A program made the position numbers and the translations under genes. The notes beneath the pieces are model-generated. The model worked only from the letters and a program-made list of their open reading frames with translations. It was not told where the DNA came from and did not search any database. This document shows, one piece after another, positions 57,583-64,000 of a DNA stretch of 64,000 nucleotides (the stretch's first letter is position 1; each line of letters begins with the position of its first letter). This stretch comes from Planctomycetota bacterium. Lineage in GTDB: Bacteria; Planctomycetota; UBA1135; UBA2386. Location: the NCBI GenBank assembly GCA_965228735.1, contig OZ245838.1, positions 3,936,001-4,000,000 on the forward strand, given 5' to 3'.

Positions 57583-59066
57583 TCCTTGGACTCTCCACCC
57601 TCCGCGGCAGCGGCGAAGTGCAGCTTGCCCGACGTACAGCGGGTGTCGCCACACCAGATCTCGAACTGCACGCGCCGGCCCTCGGCGAGCCCGCTGAGCC
57701 GCACCACGAGCTCGTCGCCGGGCGCGATGCGGGCCAGGAACTTGACGCCATCGAGGCGTTCGAGCGGACCGATCGCGGGCCGGGCGGCGCGGATGCAGGG
57801 CAGCACGAGTTCTTGCAGCTGCACCCCGCCCGCCAGCACGGCGTAGGTCGTGAAGTGGCCTTCGAAGAACGCGTACCGCCGCGGCAACTGCGTGCGATAC
57901 CGCTGCTCGTCGCCGCCGTCCTCGAGCTCCGAGCGCCACGACAGCTCGCGGGTCACGCGCGCACCGTCGCGGCCGCGGCCGAGCCGCGCGCAGAGGTCAC
58001 CGAAATCGACGCGGCCGTTGGGGTCGCGAGGCACGGCCTCGACCGTTCGCAGCACGAGCTCGACGTGTTCTTCGAACACGGCCGCCGCGGCAGCGCGTGC
58101 GGAGAGCAACACGGAGTCCGGTCCGACGATGGCGACGAAGGCCTCGGCCGGCGCGTCCGGCGGCGCGATGCCGACCCCGGCGTCGACGACGCCGTCGATC
58201 GCGAACAACCGCTCGGTGCAGGTCGCGAGCGCGTCGACTTCGTCGCCGAGGGCCGCGCCGACGCGCACGTCGTGGCGGTCGCGCACGAGCTCGGCCGGTC
58301 GATCCGGCGGCGGCCCGTCGGTGAGCACGGCCGACAGCCCGCCGAGTCGGCCGGCCGGCAGCTCGGCGAGCCCACGGAGCTGCGGTGCCGAACACAACAG
58401 GATCGCGGCCTCCGCGGCTGCCGCCGCATCCGCGAGTTCCGCCACCGACTTCGGGTGATCGAGGCCGAACCCGCCGCGCAGCCGCAGCGGCGCGAGCAGT
58501 CCGACGAGCACCGCGGGCAGGAACATCGGCGCGAAGCCGTGCACCGCGACCTCGCCGCGAGCGAGCTCGAGATCGTCGATGGCGCGCTCGATCACGGCGG
58601 TCAGTTCGCTCGCGGTGAAGCGCTCGATGCCGATGCGACCGTCGCCCCCCGGCGTGTGCGTCTCGAGCACGATGCGGTCCGGGTCCGGGGGCAGCAGCGG
58701 CGGCACGGTGATCGCCGCGGTGCGTTCGGCGGCGAGCAGCTCGGACACGTCGATCCCCCGCCGCACACCGCAATCGTGCAGGAACTCGGCGTGCTCCGGG
58801 CGCGACATCACGGGCAGCACGCTGGCGCGCCGATCGCTCTCGGGCAACGCGACGCCGTGACCGGCGAGCCACGAGCCGAGCAGCGCGGCCGCGAACGCCG
58901 CGCGGTCGTGGCCGAACGCGAACGTCACCATCGATCCGGGCGACGGTGCCGGCAGCCGGGAGGCGACGAGCGCCGCGTTCTGCCAGAGTTCTTCGGCCAT
59001 CAGGACGCGTTCGCGTCCGCGCGCCACCGCGCCGGTCGTGACCTCGTTGCGCAGGACGTCGAGCAT
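57579..59066 (-). CDS. Degenerate AMP-binding (acyl-CoA ligase-like) domain fused to ApeI/FabZ-like dehydratase
   Basis: C-terminal FFEGHF..VLAGGVQL..VKFLARIAPG; the P-loop is diverged (THTPGGDGR). Confidence 0.75.
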   Translation of the reverse strand: MLDVLRNEVTTGAVARGRERVLMAEELWQNAALVASRLPAPSPGSMVTFAFGHDRAAFAAALLGSWLAGHGVALPESDRRASVLPVMSRPEHAEFLHDCGVRRGIDVSELLAAERTAAITVPPLLPPDPDRIVLETHTPGGDGRIGIERFTASELTAVIERAIDDLELARGEVAVHGFAPMFLPAVLVGLLAPLRLRGGFGLDHPKSVAELADAAAAAEAAILLCSAPQLRGLAELPAGRLGGLSAVLTDGPPPDRPAELVRDRHDVRVGAALGDEVDALATCTERLFAIDGVVDAGVGIAPPDAPAEAFVAIVGPDSVLLSARAAAAAVFEEHVELVLRTVEAVPRDPNGRVDFGDLCARLGRGRDGARVTRELSWRSELEDGGDEQRYRTQLPRRYAFFEGHFTTYAVLAGGVQLQELVLPCIRAARPAIGPLERLDGVKFLARIAPGDELVVRLSGLAEGRRVQFEIWCGDTRCTSGKLHFAAAAEGGESKE

Positions 59067-59662
59067 CAGGCGACATCCTCACCGGGAGCCGAGAAGCGCC
59101 GGCGCCGCATCACCCACTCGGTGAGCAGCAGCGCGCCGAGCAACGCGTAGGACAGCAGTCCCGTATAGAAGGTCCACCACGTGATCGGCGCGAAGATGGC
59201 GAGCGCGGCCGCGGTCGCGCCATTGACCACGAAGAACGCGCACCAGATGCGCGTCCACGCGCGGCACCACGCGACCTGGTCGGCGTTGAGTTCGGGCTCC
59301 TGCAGCCGCGCGAACCGCTCGATCATCGGCATCGCCCCGGCGCGCAGCGTCGCGCCGAACACGACGAGCAGCGCCGCGTTGATGACGACGGGGACGGCGA
59401 AGATCATCCCGGCGGCGTCGAGGCTCGCCGCCGCCGCCAGAACGACGAACGTGACGAGGGGGATCGCCGCCAGGCCGCGCAGGCCGGCTCGTCGACTCCG
59501 GCGCAACCGCACGACCGCGATGGGCGCGATCACGGCGAGCAGGATCAGCGCCAGCCAGCGCGCCGACAGGACGACACCCGTGGCTCCCGACAACGCCAGC
59601 CAGACGAGGACCGGATAGGCGACGAGCGCGACACCGGCGAGCACTCGGAGCGCGCGGAGCAT
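59066..59662 (-). CDS. COG4648-like membrane protein
   Basis: YPVLVW, MIERFARL, IWCAFFVVNG and WTFYTG..Y..EWVMR motifs. Confidence 0.85.
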   Translation of the reverse strand: MLRALRVLAGVALVAYPVLVWLALSGATGVVLSARWLALILLAVIAPIAVVRLRRSRRAGLRGLAAIPLVTFVVLAAAASLDAAGMIFAVPVVINAALLVVFGATLRAGAMPMIERFARLQEPELNADQVAWCRAWTRIWCAFFVVNGATAAALAIFAPITWWTFYTGLLSYALLGALLLTEWVMRRRRFSAPGEDVA

Positions 59663-59683
59663 GGGCGCGGGCCGCGAGCGCGA

Positions 59684-59974
59684 TCAGGCCGTATCGGCCG
59701 ACGCCGCTTCGGCTTCGGCCTGCTTCTCGCGGATGAACTTCGCGAGCGATTCCACCGAGTAGTAGTACTCGCGGTTCTTCTCGTCGTTCTCCTTGGTGCG
59801 CACGCCGAACTCCTTGTGGATCGCGAGCGCGAGCTCGAGCGCGTCGATCGAGTCGAGGCCGAGCCCCTCGCCGAACAAGGGCGCCGCCGTCTCGATGCTC
59901 GCGGGATCGACGTCCTCGAGCGCGAGCGTCTCGACGATGAGCTTCTTCAACCGGTCTTCGAGCTGATCTGACAT
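59684..59974 (-). CDS. Acyl carrier protein
   Basis: PLFGEGLGLDSIDALEL phosphopantetheine site. Confidence 0.95.
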   Translation of the reverse strand: MSDQLEDRLKKLIVETLALEDVDPASIETAAPLFGEGLGLDSIDALELALAIHKEFGVRTKENDEKNREYYYSVESLAKFIREKQAEAEAASADTA

Positions 59975-60807
59975 TCGGATTCCTGCCCGGAATCGTAGGC
60001 AGGCAGAACCGGCGGCACAAGCTCGCGCAGCCACGCCCGGTAGCGTTCTTCCGCCCGAGCGCGCAGCCGGCGACTGTCGTGGTCCACGACGGCCGGATCG
60101 TCGACCGCGAGGACGGCGAGCCGCAGCACCGGGGTCGGATGCGCTGGACGGAACAGCGGCACTTCCTTGCTCAGGTAGACCGGCTCGCAGGTGACCGTCA
60201 GCGAGACGAGCGGGACGCGCGCGCGGCACGCGACCTCGAACGCGAGGCGGCCGAAGCGGTGCAGACCACCGGGCGGCGACCGCGTGCCCTCGGGGAAGAT
60301 GATCAGGGGCATCCCCCAGCCGAGGCGTTCGACGACGTCGTCGATGACGCGACCCGCAGACACGGGATCGGCGCCCGGCCCCTCGACATGACCGGCCCCC
60401 TCGAGCAGCTGACGCAGCATGGGACGGCCGAAGACCGCCGGCTTGACCACCGTGGTGCCCGCGCCGATCACCGCCGTGATCGACGTGATGTCCATGAGCG
60501 TCGGGTGATTCGCGATCACGACGCACGGGCCCGACGGCAGGCCGGAAAGCGGCGCATCCGGGTCGAAACGGGTGATGCGCAGCCAGGTGAGCCAGCGATG
60601 CATCAGCCGGTAGGCGAACGCCTGCACGCCCTGCAGCCGCCGCGCGCACCGCTGCCGATCGCCGCGCCACAGGAAACACAGCACTGCGAACAGCAGATAG
60701 CCGAGCGGCGTCATCACGGTGTAGATCGACACCGTCAACAGCACGTTGCACCAACGGATCGCGCGCTTGACGGGTCGCCACCGGTCCTGATTGCAGACCT
60801 CCGACAT
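59947..60807 (-). CDS. Lysophospholipid acyltransferase (PlsC family)
   Basis: NHPTLMD and IFPEGTRS motifs. Confidence 0.92.
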   Translation of the reverse strand: MSEVCNQDRWRPVKRAIRWCNVLLTVSIYTVMTPLGYLLFAVLCFLWRGDRQRCARRLQGVQAFAYRLMHRWLTWLRITRFDPDAPLSGLPSGPCVVIANHPTLMDITSITAVIGAGTTVVKPAVFGRPMLRQLLEGAGHVEGPGADPVSAGRVIDDVVERLGWGMPLIIFPEGTRSPPGGLHRFGRLAFEVACRARVPLVSLTVTCEPVYLSKEVPLFRPAHPTPVLRLAVLAVDDPAVVDHDSRRLRARAEERYRAWLRELVPPVLPAYDSGQESECQISSKTG

Positions 60808-60870
60808 GGGGCTAGACTCACGGGGCGAATCGGGCCGTACGGGCCCGATCGCCTGCTCCACCTTACCAAC

Positions 60871-62715
60871 ATGCCCAAAGAGCGCGATACCTCCCCGGCT
60901 TCCCAGGAACGGCCCGTCACCGCCATGGCGGGCCGCGACCAGGCGACGTTCGACGTCGTCATCTGCGGCGGCGGATTGTCCGGCCTCCTGCTCGCCCGGC
61001 AGTTGCGCCAGCAGCAGCCCGACCGCTCGGTCGCGCTCATCGAACGCACCACCCGGCCGCTGCCGGACGGCTGTCACAAGGTGGGCGAATCGTCGGTCGA
61101 GCTCGGCTGTCAGTACATCGAAGAGCTCGGACTCGAGCAGTACATGCTCGACCGGCAGCTCGTGAAGCTCGGCCTTCGGTTCTTCCCGGGCGGCGGCGAT
61201 CGGCCGCTGCACGAACGCACCGAGATCGGACCGTGCGCGGAGCCCGTCGTGAAGTCGTACCAGATGGACCGCGGCCGGCTCGAGAACGACCTGCGCGACT
61301 TCAACGAGGCCGATGGCGTCACGATGCTCGAGGGCCGCAAGGTCACGACCATCGAGCTGCGCCAGGGTGACGAGCTGCACGACATCGCGTACGAGTTGAT
61401 TGCGGATGGGGCGATGGCGGACGGGGCCTCGAGCGGCCAGCTCACGGCGCGCTGGGTCGTCGACGCCACCGGTCGCCAGGCGCTGCTGCGCAAGCGGATG
61501 AAGAGCACGCGGGGCTCACCGCACACGGCCAACGCGAGCTGGTTCCGCATCGAGGGCCGCGTCGGGCCGAACGACCTCGTGCCCGCGAGCGAGACCGAGT
61601 GGCACGCGCGGCCGGTCGCGGACGAGCGCTGGCGTTCGACCAACCACTTCATGGGCCCGGGCTACTGGGCCTGGTTGATCCCGCTGTCGACCGGCATGAC
61701 GAGCGTCGGTCTCGTGCTGCACGAAGAACTGCACGATCCCAAGGTCGTCGCCGGGATCGACAACACGATGGCGTTCCTGCGCGAGCACGAACCGCACCTC
61801 GCGAAGGCGCTCGAGGGTCACGAGGTGAAGGACTTCTTGTGCCTCGGCAAGTACAGCCACCAGGTCGCGCGCGCGTGGTCGCCGGATCGCTGGGCGCTCG
61901 TCGGCGAAGCCGGCGCGTTCGTCGATCCGCTCTACAGCCCGGGCACCGACTACATCGCGTTCGCCAACAACTTCACCGCCGAGCTCATCCGCCGCGACTT
62001 CGCGGGCGAGGAGTGGCTCGCGCAGTGCACGCACCTCAACTACCTCTACCGCGCGCTCGTGAGCGGGGCCATCGACCTGTTTCGCCAGTCGGCACCGGTC
62101 TATGGCCATCCGTCCGCGATGGTCGCCAAGATCTACTGGGACAACCTGTCCTACTGGTCGTTCACCTGCCACCTGTCGCAGCAGGAGATCTACAAGCTGT
62201 CGCCCGAGGAGTACCAGCCCTACGGCGAGATCGGCTCACGCCTCGCCGAGCTCGGCAACTACATCCAGAACTGGCTGCGCGAGTGGGCGCTCGCGGCGCC
62301 GGAAGAGCAGACCCCGAAGTTCTTCGGTGCGCCCCATTTCCCATCCGTGCACATCGACGCGCACATGAAGGTCGGCAACAAGATGTCGCTGCCGGAGACG
62401 CTCGAGTACATGCGCATGCGGCGGCAGCAGATCGAGGACGCGGCGGCCGAGATCGTGCTGCGCACGCTGCGTAAGGTCGGCCCCGAGACCGGCGCCGAGA
62501 TCCTGAAGCGAACCGGTTTCCACGACTGGAACTTCGAGATCCCGGCCGAGCGCATCGAGACGGAGCTCCTGAGCGGCCAGGCCCGACGGCTGCGGATGGG
62601 CATCATCGCGCGCGACGCGGAACGGTCGCTCGGCCGCATCGAGCCGCATGGCCGCTACCCCGAGGCCCTCGCGCTGCTGTCGCAGGGCGAGAGCGCCACG
62701 AGCGCGGTGACCTGA
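60871..62715 (+). CDS. Flavin-dependent halogenase-like oxidoreductase
   Basis: GGGLSG, KVGESS, DATG, WAWLIP (WxWxIP) and GEAGAFVDPLYSPG motifs. Alternative start at 60925. Confidence 0.85.
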   Translation: MPKERDTSPASQERPVTAMAGRDQATFDVVICGGGLSGLLLARQLRQQQPDRSVALIERTTRPLPDGCHKVGESSVELGCQYIEELGLEQYMLDRQLVKLGLRFFPGGGDRPLHERTEIGPCAEPVVKSYQMDRGRLENDLRDFNEADGVTMLEGRKVTTIELRQGDELHDIAYELIADGAMADGASSGQLTARWVVDATGRQALLRKRMKSTRGSPHTANASWFRIEGRVGPNDLVPASETEWHARPVADERWRSTNHFMGPGYWAWLIPLSTGMTSVGLVLHEELHDPKVVAGIDNTMAFLREHEPHLAKALEGHEVKDFLCLGKYSHQVARAWSPDRWALVGEAGAFVDPLYSPGTDYIAFANNFTAELIRRDFAGEEWLAQCTHLNYLYRALVSGAIDLFRQSAPVYGHPSAMVAKIYWDNLSYWSFTCHLSQQEIYKLSPEEYQPYGEIGSRLAELGNYIQNWLREWALAAPEEQTPKFFGAPHFPSVHIDAHMKVGNKMSLPETLEYMRMRRQQIEDAAAEIVLRTLRKVGPETGAEILKRTGFHDWNFEIPAERIETELLSGQARRLRMGIIARDAERSLGRIEPHGRYPEALALLSQGESATSAVT

Positions 62716-62724
62716 GGCGGAGCC

Positions 62725-63759
62725 CTGGCCGACTCCGGACAACCGCCGTCCCAGAACCCCGCCGACCACCTGCTCCATCTGCTCGGCGGCAAGCACCGCG
62801 CACAGGCGCTCTCGACCGCGGCCGCGCTGGGGATCGCCGATCGACTCCGAGAACGGCAACCGCAGACCGCGAACGAGCTGGCCGATGCGATCGGCTCGGC
62901 GGACCCGGACGCGCTGGCGAGCCTGCTGCAACTGCTGGCCGGCCTCGGCTACCTGCAGCAACCGGAGCCCGGCGCGTTCGCGCTCACATCGCACGGCGAA
63001 CTGCTCTGCGCCGACGCGCTCGGCCCGTTCGCCGCGTTCCTCGGCAGCCCCGAGCAATGGGATCCATGGTCGCGGCTGCGCGACACGCTGACCGATCCGC
63101 AGAACAGTGGCCGAACGCCGTTCGAACTCAGCAACGGCGCGCCGCTCTACGAGCACATGGCGCAGGACCCGGCCGCGGCGGCGCGCTACGACCGCGCGAT
63201 CGACGCGTTCACCCGCCACGAGGCCCGCCTGCTCGTCGAGCGCTTCCCCGATGGTGTGACGGGCACCATCGTCGACGTCGGCGGCGGGCGCGGCACGCTG
63301 CTGCACGAACTGCTGCCGGCCTGGCCGAGCGCGCGCGGCGTGCTGTTCGACCTGCCGCACGTGATCGCGGCGGCACCGGCGGCGGCACCGGCCGAGCTGC
63401 GCGACCGACTCGACTTCGTCGCCGGCGACTTCTTCGAGACGATGCCCGGCGGCGCTGAGCTCTACATCGTGAAGCACGTGCTGCACAACTGGGACGATGA
63501 CCGCGCCGTCGCACTGCTGCAGCGTTGCCGAGCTGCGATGGCCGAGGGTGGTCGCGTTCTCGTGATCGACGCCGTTCTCGCGCCGGACAGTCGGCCCGAT
63601 CTCGCGCGTCTGCTCGACCTCGAGATGCGGGTCCTGACCGCCGGTCGCGAACGCCGCAAGCCGGAGATCCGGCGCTTGTTCACGCGCGCGGGGTTGCGCC
63701 TTACCGACGTCGAGCAGCTGACCGCGGCCAGCTGGATGCTGCTCGGCACGCGGGCCTGA
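62725..63759 (+). CDS. SAM-dependent O-methyltransferase (dimerisation domain + Methyltransf_2); non-canonical CTG start or read-through
   Basis: AAALGIADRL dimerisation helix, VDVGGGRG, GDFF and KHVLHNW motifs; no ATG/GTG/TTG before 63157. Confidence 0.82.
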   Translation: MADSGQPPSQNPADHLLHLLGGKHRAQALSTAAALGIADRLRERQPQTANELADAIGSADPDALASLLQLLAGLGYLQQPEPGAFALTSHGELLCADALGPFAAFLGSPEQWDPWSRLRDTLTDPQNSGRTPFELSNGAPLYEHMAQDPAAAARYDRAIDAFTRHEARLLVERFPDGVTGTIVDVGGGRGTLLHELLPAWPSARGVLFDLPHVIAAAPAAAPAELRDRLDFVAGDFFETMPGGAELYIVKHVLHNWDDDRAVALLQRCRAAMAEGGRVLVIDAVLAPDSRPDLARLLDLEMRVLTAGRERRKPEIRRLFTRAGLRLTDVEQLTAASWMLLGTRA

Positions 63760-63805
63760 ACGCCGTCGCCGAGCCGCCCGCCGCCTTCTCAACCGGGGGC
63801 CCAGA

Positions 63806-64000
63806 TCAACCGGGAGGCTGCGTGCCGTGCACGAGCGTCAGCGTCGACGTCGCGACGGTCGCACCGGCCTCGTCGACGACGGAGGCTTCGAAGTGACTGA
63901 GGCTCTCCGTGCCGCGCACGCAACGTGCCTCGACGACGTACCGCGACCCGACGGGCAGACTCGGGCGGTGCACCGCCATCTGCCGGCACGCGATGACCAT
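63806..64000 (-). CDS. 3' part of a hot-dog fold 3-hydroxyacyl-ACP dehydratase (ApeP-like); 5' end lies outside the window
   Basis: LPVGSRYVVEA..FEASV..VATSTLTL pattern and cluster context. Confidence 0.6.
   Translation of the reverse strand: MVIACRQMAVHRPSLPVGSRYVVEARCVRGTESLSHFEASVVDEAGATVATSTLTLVHGTQPPG

Overview
High-GC, gene-dense 64 kb bacterial window. The gene content (DUF1080, HEAT-repeat proteins, several ECF/anti-sigma pairs, large secreted proteins) suggests Planctomycetota; this is inference only. Main blocks: (1) 1-7.2 kb, a lipid-modification and light/oxidative-stress locus (FAD oxidoreductase, desaturase, DUF1295, CFA-type methyltransferase, a B12-binding photoreceptor-like protein with no DNA-binding domain, a triple fasciclin protein, and a SigK/RskA-type ECF pair), followed by tRNA-Phe. 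(2) 12-33 kb, stress genes (nhaA, FNT channel, dps, FeS cryptochrome/photolyase, sodC, class II photolyase, mscS, SDR) mixed with large secreted proteins. (3) An ECF/FecR pair, wecB, a GT4 and a flippase. (4) A TlpA-like redoxin split by an in-frame UGA in a UxxC motif and followed by a SECIS-like hairpin (selenoprotein). (5) A long REP/MITE-like hairpin. (6) A Gld-type ABC operon whose DUF4340 protein carries an inserted GspG-like domain. (7) A CheB-PAS-GGDEF-EAL protein. (8) 50-64 kb, an aryl-polyene-like type II FAS/PKS cluster with an oppositely oriented halogenase-like gene and O-methyltransferase. The main non-obvious signal is a bipartite motif, (T)GCATCY-N15-[GCT]CGAA, read directly upstream of six genes between 1.1 and 32.8 kb, with a seventh copy at N14 spacing. 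It points to a dispersed ECF (SigK-like) photo-oxidative regulon that may be linked to the B12 photoreceptor.
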